From positions 1-56,130 of IMG/VR virus record IMGVR_UViG_3300037333_000141: 56,130 nucleotides of DNA; one strand, given 5' to 3'. Shown one piece after another: positions 38,725-47,536 of this stretch. The position numbers and the translations under genes were made by a program. The DNA comes from a virus. Taxonomy: Duplodnaviria > Caudoviricetes. The notes beneath the pieces were generated by a model that made no database searches, had not been told where the DNA came from, and saw only the letters and a list, made by a program, of their open reading frames with translations. The first letter of the stretch is position 1, and each line of letters begins with the position of its first letter.

Positions 38725-39360
38725 TTAGCTATTAGAAGCTTTTGCAACATTGTCATTGTAATACTCTTGTAAACTTTTATATAAAATATCCTCGAAAGCT
38801 TCGTTCGGTAGCAATTTTTTAGCTATTTCACCAGCTACTACATTATCTTCAACATCACCCCAAATCTTTATATAACTACCATCTTTATAGCCGTTATTTT
38901 GTCTAAAACTATTTAGTACATTTTTAGTCATATAAGCCTTGAAAACTTCTTCATAACTCATCTCTAAAGTGTTAAATAATAATGCTAGTGAATGTGCAAA
39001 TCTACTCTCTTCAAAATAAAAAGTTGATGTTTGAGTAGCTAAATTTCTTAATGAACTTTGTGTTGTACTGATAGTGCTATCGTCTTTGATATATGTTTCA
39101 AAACTATCTTTAAACTCATCAATTTCATTTCTACTTAAAGAAGCACTAATCGCAAAGTGAAGTATATCAATAGCTTCAACTTTTAAGTTATCTAAATCTT
39201 CACCGCCTTGCTTCCACCATTTATAACCTGCACTCTCCATCGCTTCACCAATCTCAGCAACTAAAGCATTTAACCAATCTTCAAGTTTTAATTCAGTTCT
39301 CCAAGTTGGAAACGTCATATCGTTAAGTTTTATTTGTTTTTCTACCATTAAATTTATCAT
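38725..39360 (-). CDS. dut: Dimeric (all-alpha) dUTPase
   Basis: E.GE..ES..YKWWK, VEAIDILHF, KN.LN.FRQNNGYKDGSYIKIW...EDN. Confidence 0.9.
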   Translation of the reverse strand: MINLMVEKQIKLNDMTFPTWRTELKLEDWLNALVAEIGEAMESAGYKWWKQGGEDLDNLKVEAIDILHFAISASLSRNEIDEFKDSFETYIKDDSTISTTQSSLRNLATQTSTFYFEESRFAHSLALLFNTLEMSYEEVFKAYMTKNVLNSFRQNNGYKDGSYIKIWGDVEDNVVAGEIAKKLLPNEAFEDILYKSLQEYYNDNVAKASNS

Positions 39361-39620
39361 TATTTTAATCCTTTTATTTGTTCTATTATTATCTTTAAAA
39401 GTATAGCTACAACCATAGCTATACTAAATACCACAAGGAAACTGTTAAGTATCGGAGTAAAACAAGGAATTAAACCAAGAATTTTTCTTTTTACACTTAT
39501 GTTTCTTTTTTCTTCAAGTCCATAAATAATAATTACTATTTTGTTAATAATCTGAACTAATATCAATATGATGATAGAGTAAATATATATTTCCAAATAC
39601 GATAATTGCATCTTATTCAA
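39360..39620 (-). CDS. Small two-TM membrane protein
   Basis: Two long hydrophobic stretches. Confidence 0.6.
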   Translation of the reverse strand: MNKMQLSYLEIYIYSIIILILVQIINKIVIIIYGLEEKRNISVKRKILGLIPCFTPILNSFLVVFSIAMVVAILLKIIIEQIKGLK

Positions 39621-40614
39621 TTCCTTTTAATATATGCTCTATAACATCACTTGTAAAGCTGTTACCAGTAATCTTAACCGCTTGTGTATCAGATACATTA
39701 CTACAATAGCCAACTTCTAATCCTTGTAGTTTTTCACGCTCACTTATTGTTAGCCTTCTAAAAGTGTTACTAGACCTATGAAGTATATAAGTTGCGTTGT
39801 TTTGTGCTCTTAAAGTAGTTGTCTTGATTAAACCTATTTTATTATCAGCATATCCACCTACAACACCTATCTTCATAGTGTGAAAATCTTTTGTACAAGT
39901 TAGTATCTCTTTTATATTTCGTGCTATATTCACTCTAATTTGTGGTTTTATAGTATGACAAATCTTATAATCTTCGTTGAGAAATTTTACAGTATCATAT
40001 TTTTCAGTAACTACATTTTCAAGTATATCTTGTAAGTTTACTTTTTTATCTTCAATCGCTGGAATATCTACATTTGTAAAATAGTATCTCTCTCTGTTTT
40101 GAGCTGTAAAGTTGCTTGAATTGATAAGTACACCTTTGACACCTAAAGCACTCTCAAAAATACCTACCCACTTCTTAGCCATCTTTACATTTTCAAGAAT
40201 GAAGTAACGCGGCTTAACTATATTCAAAATACGAACATACTCCCAAAATAAATAACTCTCTCCGCTAAATGCAATGCCATCTTTTTTCATTTTAAGATAT
40301 TGTTTTAAAGAAGTAATCTCTATTTTATCACTATTAGTCATACCTCTTTTCTTACCTATAAAGCTAAAATCTTGACAACTTGAACCACCTATCAGTAAGT
40401 TGATTTTACCAAGCTTCAATAAAGCACGTTTATCAAGCTTAGTCATATCACCTAAACGATATTTAGATATTTCTTTGTTGTTTTTGTCTGAAACTTTTAG
40501 TGCATACTTATCTATTTCACTACTGAAATATTTTAGTTTTTTACACTTCGATTTATTTATAGCTACTTTTGCAACACTACACCCGTCAAATAGACTTAAA
40601 TTACTTTTTTTCAT
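39613..40614 (-). CDS. C5 cytosine DNA methyltransferase
   Basis: LSLFDG, GGSSCQDFS, ILENV, QNRERYYF, RRLT..E.EKLQG, GNS. Confidence 0.88.
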   Translation of the reverse strand: MKKSNLSLFDGCSVAKVAINKSKCKKLKYFSSEIDKYALKVSDKNNKEISKYRLGDMTKLDKRALLKLGKINLLIGGSSCQDFSFIGKKRGMTNSDKIEITSLKQYLKMKKDGIAFSGESYLFWEYVRILNIVKPRYFILENVKMAKKWVGIFESALGVKGVLINSSNFTAQNRERYYFTNVDIPAIEDKKVNLQDILENVVTEKYDTVKFLNEDYKICHTIKPQIRVNIARNIKEILTCTKDFHTMKIGVVGGYADNKIGLIKTTTLRAQNNATYILHRSSNTFRRLTISEREKLQGLEVGYCSNVSDTQAVKITGNSFTSDVIEHILKGIE

Positions 40615-40618
40615 ACTA

Positions 40619-41140
40619 CTAACCTTTAATCATTGCTATTACATTTATAGCATCTTTATAGACTATGTCTTCAACTAAACCAGCATTTGTTTCTATCAAT
40701 AAATCATAAGATGAGTAAACTTCATAGTCTGTAAATACTTCAAACTCTGAAATTAAAACATCTCTATTCTCCATAAAATTTTGAAACAAAATCATATTAG
40801 CCAAGAGCTCCATATTTGTTTGTTCACTGATTGTATTTATTGTCTTAAAGAAGCGTGCATTCAATTTAGATTTTACCCATCTTTGCAATTCTCTATCACC
40901 ATAAACTTCAAAAATAGTGTTTAACGACTCCTTACAAGTAACCAACAAGCTTTCAAGATTTTTATCTATCTTCCTGTTTAATTTATGTGTCTTATTATCC
41001 CTTTTTGTTAAATCTTTATCGTTCTTTACTTCATCTGGATTTTTTAATGCAACTTCTAAAATACCAATAACCAAATTTAATACTAGCAAATCTTTTTTAG
41101 CCCCTTGCGATAACTGCTTTTTCATTTTCTTTACATCCAC
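40619..41140 (-). CDS. Hypothetical protein
   Basis: 173-aa ORF in early operon. Confidence 0.65.
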   Translation of the reverse strand: MDVKKMKKQLSQGAKKDLLVLNLVIGILEVALKNPDEVKNDKDLTKRDNKTHKLNRKIDKNLESLLVTCKESLNTIFEVYGDRELQRWVKSKLNARFFKTINTISEQTNMELLANMILFQNFMENRDVLISEFEVFTDYEVYSSYDLLIETNAGLVEDIVYKDAINVIAMIKG

Positions 41141-41253
41141 TATATTAGATAAACGATTTTAACATCTCTATCAGTAATTTCATAGCTAATCATTCCGCTA
41201 ACTACAACTTGTTTACTTTTTTTAACTATTTTTAGTCTGCTTTTTTGCATTAT

Positions 41254-41442
41254 TTATCCTTTGTGGTCATTTACAATTTTTTCTATTGAGTTTTTCATAA
41301 AATCATTCCATTCCTCGAATACACTTTTAGCTCTAATTTCAAACTCTTTTATATTTGAAATGTCTAAGCAACCAAAAAATTCGTCCATCTCTTTCATTTT
41401 TTGGTCTAAATCGTTTTTATCTCTTTCTAATTCATCTAGCAT
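41254..41442 (-). CDS. Hypothetical protein
   Basis: 62-aa ORF with AAGGA RBS. Confidence 0.55.
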   Translation of the reverse strand: MLDELERDKNDLDQKMKEMDEFFGCLDISNIKEFEIRAKSVFEEWNDFMKNSIEKIVNDHKG

Positions 41443-41573
41443 TACTTTTCCTTTTTAACTGAAACCGAATACAGGATATTTATTATCTCATGTATCGGTG
41501 TTTTATATTTAGCCTCTAGCATCTCTAGTGGTATGTTGTTGCGATAATCTGAAACAAGATTTAAGACATTCAT
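41442..41573 (-). CDS. 43-aa small protein (HTH-like)
   Basis: Hand-translated; overlaps both neighbours (ATGA/TAATG coupling). Confidence 0.45.
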   Translation of the reverse strand: MNVLNLVSDYRNNIPLEMLEAKYKTPIHEIINILYSVSVKKEK

Positions 41574-42004
41574 TTTAAGAGGTCTTTGTTTTCTTGTATA
41601 GTCCCTATTACTTTTATATTTTTTATATTGTCTATGAACATTAGATATATTCTGTTAAACTCTTCACTATCTGTCTGTATGAGTTCATAACACAATCTTT
41701 CGCTATTGTATGAAAAATATCCAATGTGTTTTGAGTATTTACAATCACATTCAACTTCAAGTATGTTGCACACACAACCATTTATTACTTCAAACTCTAC
41801 TATACTACTATCTGCATATATTTTGTTTCCGTTGATGTCTGTTTTTCCTATATACTCAAACAAATCTAATTCGTCTGATTCCACATGGATTCCATTTTGT
41901 TTAAATATTTTAATTCTATTATCTAAATCAATCATATATCCGTCAGAAAGCTCATTTGCAAATATCTTAAATCTCTTATCCCAAACTACAAACTCATTCA
42001 TCAC
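41570..42004 (-). CDS. YopX-family protein
   Basis: F.VWDK, YIGKTDINGNKIY, KVIGTIQENKDLL. Confidence 0.85.
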   Translation of the reverse strand: MMNEFVVWDKRFKIFANELSDGYMIDLDNRIKIFKQNGIHVESDELDLFEYIGKTDINGNKIYADSSIVEFEVINGCVCNILEVECDCKYSKHIGYFSYNSERLCYELIQTDSEEFNRIYLMFIDNIKNIKVIGTIQENKDLLK

Positions 42005-42290
42005 ACACCTCTCTTTAAACTATATGACGTCTTATATATATCGAACACCACCCAGCACTTAGGCAACTTACTTTCTACAAAAGACTGTAACATCTCTGCA
42101 TAATCAGTTCTATTTTGTCTGAACTGTATCATTCCGTTTACTGAAACCATTTTTAAGCCTTTCAAAGTATTTTCACTTTAATGTTTTTTTTTGCCTAGTG
42201 ATTTTTTTATCACTCTCTCACTTATTTTCTCATCGCTTACTACTGTAAACATTGTTTCATCATCGTTAATACTAATGATTTCTCTACACT

Positions 42291-42632
42291 CTATGTAAAT
42301 AATTTTTTAGCTTTTTTGCATCTATTTACTTCTCCATTAACAATATCTATAATATTTTTTATATGTACTGCAAACTCTTTTCTGCTTCTTATGTGCATAG
42401 GTAAAGTTCCAAAAGGGTTCTTGTTTTTTTCATCTATAACCCTTATAATCTCTGTTGAATTAAAATAAGAAGTCGCCATTCTACACTCTTTTCTTTTTTT
42501 TGTGCTTCTTATGTCATAAGATATTCTTGCTGGATAATATCTATTACATCTTCTTGAAAACATTAAAGAGTTAACTTTCCCGTATTTATCAATGTCTTCT
42601 ATAGTAAATTCTGTTTTCATTTCAGCAACCAT
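42291..42632 (-). CDS. Hypothetical protein
   Basis: 113-aa ORF. Confidence 0.55.
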   Translation of the reverse strand: MVAEMKTEFTIEDIDKYGKVNSLMFSRRCNRYYPARISYDIRSTKKRKECRMATSYFNSTEIIRVIDEKNKNPFGTLPMHIRSRKEFAVHIKNIIDIVNGEVNRCKKAKKLFT

Positions 42633-42660
42633 TTGTTATATTGTAGTATTCATAGTATTT

Positions 42661-43002
42661 TCAAATAAATATACCATTTAATTTAAACTTCGCAACTTCT
42701 ACACATGAAATTTGTTCATATTCTATATTTTTAAATTTGTTAATATTTTCTTCATTTATGTAGCTTCCAAAATAATCACAAACTGCATCTCTCTTAATAC
42801 TTGCACTTCTATTCTCAATAGTCAAAGACACAAGAATGCATCTATTCATACTAGGAGATAAGGAATTAAAATAACAACAAATCTCGCATCTCTCTTTTCT
42901 CTTTGAATTTTTTATATAATTAAGTTCACTTTTCCTATGATTTATTCTCTTTTTGAATAAATCATTTTTATCTTTAACGTAATTCATTTTTAATCCTTTC
43001 AA
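42661..43002 (-). CDS. Hypothetical Cys-rich protein
   Basis: CxxC...C...C pattern. Confidence 0.55.
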   Translation of the reverse strand: MKGLKMNYVKDKNDLFKKRINHRKSELNYIKNSKRKERCEICCYFNSLSPSMNRCILVSLTIENRSASIKRDAVCDYFGSYINEENINKFKNIEYEQISCVEVAKFKLNGIFI

Positions 43003-43037
43003 TTACTTAAATCTCTTACCACAAACTATAAATTCTT

Positions 43038-43322
43038 TCATCTAAGTTCCTTATAAATCATAACCCCAACTGAGATAGGTCTTTCAAAGTGTTTCTCTAT
43101 GAAGTCTTGCACCTCATCGCTATCTAGGTTTGTATCGTAAGTAAACATTAGCTTACCGCCTGATATTTTCACATCCTCACACTCTTCGTGTACTCCGTCT
43201 TGTGGGTTTCTGATTGTTACATCTATTCCGTCATCCCAGCTGTAAAGCGAGTCTTCGTCTAGTAGAAATTTCATTTTCAAATCCTTATCACTTATCGTTA
43301 AGAGAAGTATAAACAAAAACAT
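43038..43322 (-). CDS. Hypothetical protein (true start probably the internal MKFLL)
   Basis: AAGGA RBS precedes the internal ATG. Confidence 0.55.
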   Translation of the reverse strand: MFLFILLLTISDKDLKMKFLLDEDSLYSWDDGIDVTIRNPQDGVHEECEDVKISGGKLMFTYDTNLDSDEVQDFIEKHFERPISVGVMIYKELR

Positions 43323-43372
43323 CTTAACAACTTCTTAAAAATGTAATAAAAACATCTTAATTATAAAAGTGC

Positions 43373-43825
43373 TCATTTATAAAATTCATCTATCTCTTTT
43401 TTTATGTTCAGTTTAAAACCGAGATTTTTATTTATTTCTATGTGTTTTCTTCTACAATACTTCAAAAATTCAACTTCTTTTTTTGTTAATTTTATATCAA
43501 ATACTTTTACATTTGCACTCATTAAATCCGATACCATAAACTGAGTCCATCCACCAACTGAACGACCAAATTGTTTATGTAACTCTTTTGCTAAATGGTA
43601 AGGACGATGTGTTAGTGTATAGTAGTGATAAAAATCCTGCATATACCGCTTCTGTTTAATTTTAAACTCTTCTAGTCTTTGTATGTAATGTTCATCAACA
43701 AGCACAACACTTTGAGACTTTTCTTGTATAAATATATGAGATGGTAAAGTTCCACGCTTTTTCATTATAGAAATACTTGAACGTGATATTCCTCTTTTCT
43801 CGCATAGTTCTGCTATTGTTATCAT
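43373..43825 (-). CDS. N-terminal HTH (excisionase/AlpA-like) protein
   Basis: MITIAELCEKRGISRSSI...KRGTLP. Confidence 0.6.
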   Translation of the reverse strand: MITIAELCEKRGISRSSISIMKKRGTLPSHIFIQEKSQSVVLVDEHYIQRLEEFKIKQKRYMQDFYHYYTLTHRPYHLAKELHKQFGRSVGGWTQFMVSDLMSANVKVFDIKLTKKEVEFLKYCRRKHIEINKNLGFKLNIKKEIDEFYK

Positions 43826-43906
43826 GTTATTCTGCTAATTCCTTTAATAATTTAAGTCTAAATTTTTTCATTATTTATGATATGTGTTTTTTTTGTTCTA
43901 TGATGT

Positions 43907-44143
43907 TCACTTTCCTGTATCTTTATAGTTGTAGTTACTTGCTCTCATGATTTCTGATTTAACTATTGAGTATTTACCAAACTCGTCAAATATCTTGTTT
44001 ATAAAGTTTTTAAGAGCTATTTTTGTATATGCGACATTTTCAAAAGTTTTTAAAATTTCATTTTCTCTTGTTACTTCAATTCTACAAAAGTCGAAATCTA
44101 TTCCGTTTTCCGTTTTATATATTTTTATTTTTACATGACTCAT
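43907..44143 (-). CDS. Hypothetical protein
   Basis: 78-aa ORF with AAGG RBS. Confidence 0.55.
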   Translation of the reverse strand: MSHVKIKIYKTENGIDFDFCRIEVTRENEILKTFENVAYTKIALKNFINKIFDEFGKYSIVKSEIMRASNYNYKDTGK

Positions 44144-44244
44144 ATTGAACCTTTAAAATCTTTTATTTTCGTTGTTCGTATCTTTTGTGAAAGTGTTGTT
44201 GTACTTGTTGTATTCGCAAGTGTATTCCTTTGTTTTTGTCATAT

Positions 44245-44790
44245 CTATCTCCTATTTATTCTAAGTTTATCAGTAACACCACCGAGTGCATTTTGTCCAC
44301 CAAACTTTAAAGCACTCATAAACGCATCTAATTGCACTTTTGAGTCTTGGTAATGGTTTATCTCACTAATGAGTCTCTTTGCATCTCTGTATGGTGCTAC
44401 TGCGTTAAATACTGATATATCCTCTTGGCTTATAGATTGGCTGAGTATTATTTTGTTTATTAACTCACTAAACTGTATTTTCATTCGTTGTGAGTCTTCA
44501 AAGATTTTGCTATTTAGTGCTTCGGCTAAAGCTATTAATCTTTTGGCTTCTACTTCAATGTGATTTACTTCTACTGCAGATGGTTTAAATTGCTCTGCTA
44601 CTTTCGCTATTCTGTCCATTCCATTTAGGTATTGGTGTTGTGTTCCAAATAGTGATGTCATAAAGTTTTTATAGTCTAGCGGTTTAATTTCTTTCGTGAA
44701 CTCTTGAACAGTGGCTACGATAAAAGGAGACTGTTCTATTTTTAGTGAAATCATTATGCTACGTATAAATTCTTCTCTCATTTTATCCAT
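44245..44790 (-). CDS. Hypothetical protein, positional helicase-loader candidate
   Basis: Overlaps the end of the replication initiator. Confidence 0.45.
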   Translation of the reverse strand: MDKMREEFIRSIMISLKIEQSPFIVATVQEFTKEIKPLDYKNFMTSLFGTQHQYLNGMDRIAKVAEQFKPSAVEVNHIEVEAKRLIALAEALNSKIFEDSQRMKIQFSELINKIILSQSISQEDISVFNAVAPYRDAKRLISEINHYQDSKVQLDAFMSALKFGGQNALGGVTDKLRINRR

Positions 44791-45613
44791 TTAGTAATCC
44801 TACTTGCTCTTGGTTTTCGCGTTCTTCCATTGCATCAATTACATCAAACACATTCATTCCAAAATTAGAAGTTTGTGAAATTACATCAACTTGTTGTGGT
44901 GTTATCTCGTCTTCCCATCTTCTACCATTCAACCAAGTGCTAGGGTGTGGTATATACTTACCTCTCTCTTTCATCCAATCCTCTGTCTGCTTAAATGTTT
45001 CAAGTGTTCCGATAAGCTCATTCGTCTGAGGAAGTTCTTTATAAATCTTAATAAAAATCTTCTTTGCATTTTGTTTAGCTTTTTTTATAGGGTAGTGACT
45101 CCAAAACAATTCAAAGTCTTGTTCTGCATTTGAGACTATCTCTACATTTTGTTTTGTTTGTTTATTTTCTTTAAAAGTATCATTAGTACTAGTATTAGAA
45201 TTAGTATTATTATATGTCGGATTTATTTCCGAGTTTTTTTCGGATTTATTTCCGAGTTTGCTCGGATTTATTTCCGAGTTATCATCACTTTCGGATTTAT
45301 TTCCGACATAGTAACTTCTACCTTTTTTTGTTAGTTTCACTAGGTCTTTTTTGCCTTGTTTTATATAGTCAATCAAGCCTAGCTCTACTAAGCTTTTAAG
45401 GTGTCTGTATGCAGTATCAGGCTTAATATTTAGTAATGGTATCTCTTCTATAATCTTTGTTCGTGAGACCCAATAAAACACTTCTGAATTATCTATAATA
45501 GGTTCTGCCCAGCTAGAAGCTTCTCCAATAAGATGTAAAATTAATACTTGATTAACATTTTTAATCCCTAATTCTATTGCTTGTTTTTGATTTATTTGTA
45601 GTGTGTATCTCAC
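44783..45613 (-). CDS. Phage replication initiator (lambda O-like)
   Basis: wHTH (TAYRHLKSLVELGLI), internal iterons, C-terminal FELFWSHYP.K..K..A...IPHPSTWLNGRRWEDE. Confidence 0.88.
   Translation of the reverse strand: MRYTLQINQKQAIELGIKNVNQVLILHLIGEASSWAEPIIDNSEVFYWVSRTKIIEEIPLLNIKPDTAYRHLKSLVELGLIDYIKQGKKDLVKLTKKGRSYYVGNKSESDDNSEINPSKLGNKSEKNSEINPTYNNTNSNTSTNDTFKENKQTKQNVEIVSNAEQDFELFWSHYPIKKAKQNAKKIFIKIYKELPQTNELIGTLETFKQTEDWMKERGKYIPHPSTWLNGRRWEDEITPQQVDVISQTSNFGMNVFDVIDAMEERENQEQVGLLNG
45217..45306. repeat. Four 16-bp iterons TCGGATTTATTTCCGA (probable origin)
   Basis: Exact copies at 45217, 45240, 45262, 45291, adjacent to an AT-rich tract. Confidence 0.88.
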
Positions 45614-45969
45614 ATCATAACCTTTAGATTGTATGCAGGGTATATAGGCTCTATCGTTTCAGATGCCCATTCTGACTCTAAACCTACAACGATTTCAGTA
45701 GGTAGCTTTTCTTTATGTTTTAGTAACTCATTAACAATACAATATTCTATATATTCTACATCGCCGTGTTGTTGAGCAATATCAGTAAGAATCGATAGTT
45801 TTAGCTTATCTATATCAATAATCTTTATAAGTACATCATTAGTTACCATAAGTTCTTTTGCATAAGTTTCTAACTCTTGTTTTTTCCATTGAGAAAAAGA
45901 TACATCGTTCAGCAAAGAGCTTAATATTTCACTTGTTTTTTTTAGGGTGATTACCGCATTTATTTGCAT
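45610..45969 (-). CDS. Hypothetical protein heading the replication operon (start reassigned to 45969)
   Basis: AAAGGA RBS before MQINAV. Confidence 0.6.
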   Translation of the reverse strand: MQINAVITLKKTSEILSSLLNDVSFSQWKKQELETYAKELMVTNDVLIKIIDIDKLKLSILTDIAQQHGDVEYIEYCIVNELLKHKEKLPTEIVVGLESEWASETIEPIYPAYNLKVMM

Positions 45970-46019
45970 ATTTGTTCCTTTTGCATTTAACAATAATAAA
46001 TTTTAAGAGTGGGGAGAAT

Positions 46020-46113
46020 GCGCAACCAACTGCCCGTTTATCTCTTATATCAATTCAATCGGTAAAGAGTGCCAAGTGACACCCTAAACAGTCAGTTGCG
46101 CTGATATAAAAGA
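46020..46113 (-). ncRNA. Structured leader (two long interleaved helices plus hairpin) of replication operon
   Basis: 46102-13/46041-52 (12 bp), 46089-101/46020-32 (13 bp), 46077-85/46066-74. Confidence 0.55.
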
Positions 46114-46133
46114 TTTGCTCTTTTTACGTGAGT

Positions 46134-46139
46134 ATTATA
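46134..46139 (-). promoter_or_regulatory. -10 box for replication operon
   Basis: TTAAGtttt...gggTATAAT. Confidence 0.65.
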
Positions 46140-46161
46140 CCCACATAAAACTTAATAACTT

Positions 46162-46323
46162 CTACACCATATCAGCAATAGTTAAATTGCGAATAAACTC
46201 TAATCCGTCTTCAAACTTAGATAAAGGAAGAGCAGAATATCTAGTAAGGTAAAACTTTTTGTAGAAGACTGACCATACTTTTCTATGAAGATTTAAAATA
46301 AGGGCTTTATCATCATTCCCCAC
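46162..46323 (-). pseudogene. Isolated ORF6C-like antirepressor C-terminal domain
   Basis: LHRKVWSVFYKKFYLTRYSALPLSKFEDGLEFIRNL; only a GTG start, stop a few codons upstream. Confidence 0.55.
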
Positions 46324-46374
46324 ACTTTGTGCATATCTTCATATTGCAATCCATTGACCGAAAATTAAGTAAAT

Positions 46375-46565
46375 CTGATTATTGAGGGTCGAAGTCCATA
46401 ATCAGCTTATGTTAATAAGTTTATTCACTCTAGCCAAAGCCCTTACAAAGGTGTAACGGCTAAAGCTCCTAGAACTTCGACCCTCTGGCTAGAATAAACA
46501 TTCAAGAAAGAACAGTAGACGAGGTGCTTGAGAAACCTTTTGTTCTGTTCTTTACTAAACATTTA
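46375..46565 (-). ncRNA. Structured leader/antisense-type RNA (C4/CI-like architecture)
   Basis: 12-bp complement 46474-85/46384-95; stems 46486-99/46419-36, 46375-82/46398-405, 46507-15/46545-53. Confidence 0.55.
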
Positions 46566-46590
46566 ACTCTTTAAATAAAGATATACCGAA

Positions 46591-46599
46591 ATTATACCA
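46591..46599 (-). promoter_or_regulatory. Extended -10 promoter (TGGTATAAT), leftward early
   Basis: Exact motif; divergent from promoter at 46658. Confidence 0.7.
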
Positions 46600-46657
46600 A
46601 AAAAACATTAAACAAAACTTTGTGATGTTTACAAGAACTTTTTAAGATTACTAAAGC

Positions 46658-46663
46658 TATAAT
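46658..46663 (+). promoter_or_regulatory. -10 box, rightward early operon
   Basis: TTTAAG...gcTATAAT 27 nt before the ATG at 46690. Confidence 0.65.
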
Positions 46664-46689
46664 TATACATATCAAAAAAAGGTTTAAGA

Positions 46690-46878
46690 ATGAGCGATTG
46701 TATAAAAGATTTGTTGCACGATGGGAAGATGAGAGATGATATTGAGTATTGTATAGAGTTTTTAGAGTTAAGTAGTAATTCTACTTTAAAATATTTTCTA
46801 TATTGTATTGATGTTATAAATGGATATGGTCACGATATGGATTTAAAAGATTTAATTGAATATATCGAAATTGATTAG
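46690..46878 (+). CDS. Hypothetical protein
   Basis: 62-aa ORF with AAGG RBS. Confidence 0.6.
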   Translation: MSDCIKDLLHDGKMRDDIEYCIEFLELSSNSTLKYFLYCIDVINGYGHDMDLKDLIEYIEID

Positions 46879-46880
46879 TT

Positions 46881-47315
46881 ATGTATAATGTGAAAGATGG
46901 AAGATTGAAGCCAAAGAAAATTTCAATGTTTGGGAAAAAAAGAACTAAATTAAAAAGCAAATCTGATGAAAATAAAAACAGATTAAGAGATAAACCAACT
47001 TCAAAAAATAAAAAGTCTATATCTAATGAAGACAAGGAATATTTGGAGTGGTTGCAAACTCAAAGTTATTGCTGTTTTGTTTGTGGCGAAAGAAATGGAA
47101 TTGAATGGCATCATGTAAAATTAAATTCAAGCGATAAAAAAAATCATAAACGTTTAATACCTCTTTGTGGTGTTGAGCATCATAGATTAGGAAACATAAG
47201 CCCTCACGGAAATCCTAAACGATGGAGAGAGCATTTCTCTATGAGGCTACAAGAGAATTACGCAGATAATATTTACGAAACATATCTTAATATAAAAAAA
47301 GGTATAACAATATGA
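46881..47315 (+). CDS. Ref/DUF968-like HNH-type nuclease
   Basis: YLEWL...CFVCG...HHV...IPLC..HH....HG. Confidence 0.75.
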   Translation: MYNVKDGRLKPKKISMFGKKRTKLKSKSDENKNRLRDKPTSKNKKSISNEDKEYLEWLQTQSYCCFVCGERNGIEWHHVKLNSSDKKNHKRLIPLCGVEHHRLGNISPHGNPKRWREHFSMRLQENYADNIYETYLNIKKGITI

Positions 47316-47536
47316 ATAAGGCTTATATTGTTATTTTAGCTATTTCTATAAATGTTTTTGCATATAGCGAATATAGCACAAAAGGAAGTAACGTATTCAG
47401 AACATATAAAAAGAATTGTATTGATAATGTTTTTTATATTTCAGGAAAGAGAGTTTTATCTGTTTGGATTAATCCAAAAACTTTGAAGCCTAGCAACTGT
47501 AAACAAGTAATTAGAAAAAATGGAGAAAAAAAATGA
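47312..47536 (+). CDS. Small exported/membrane protein
   Basis: Signal-peptide-like N-terminus. Confidence 0.55.
   Translation: MNKAYIVILAISINVFAYSEYSTKGSNVFRTYKKNCIDNVFYISGKRVLSVWINPKTLKPSNCKQVIRKNGEKK

Noticed and set aside
43315-43360. AAAAACATCTTAA direct repeat as an operator
   Set aside because: Explained by the periodic TTAAG promoter-upstream pattern seen at other promoters; low complexity
45217-45306. CRISPR-like array
   Set aside because: 16-bp repeats with 6-13 bp gaps inside the initiator gene, and no cas genes; these are iterons
46020-46499. HDV-like/theta ribozymes
   Set aside because: Helix order is similar, but helix lengths and the P3/L3/P1.1 core do not fit
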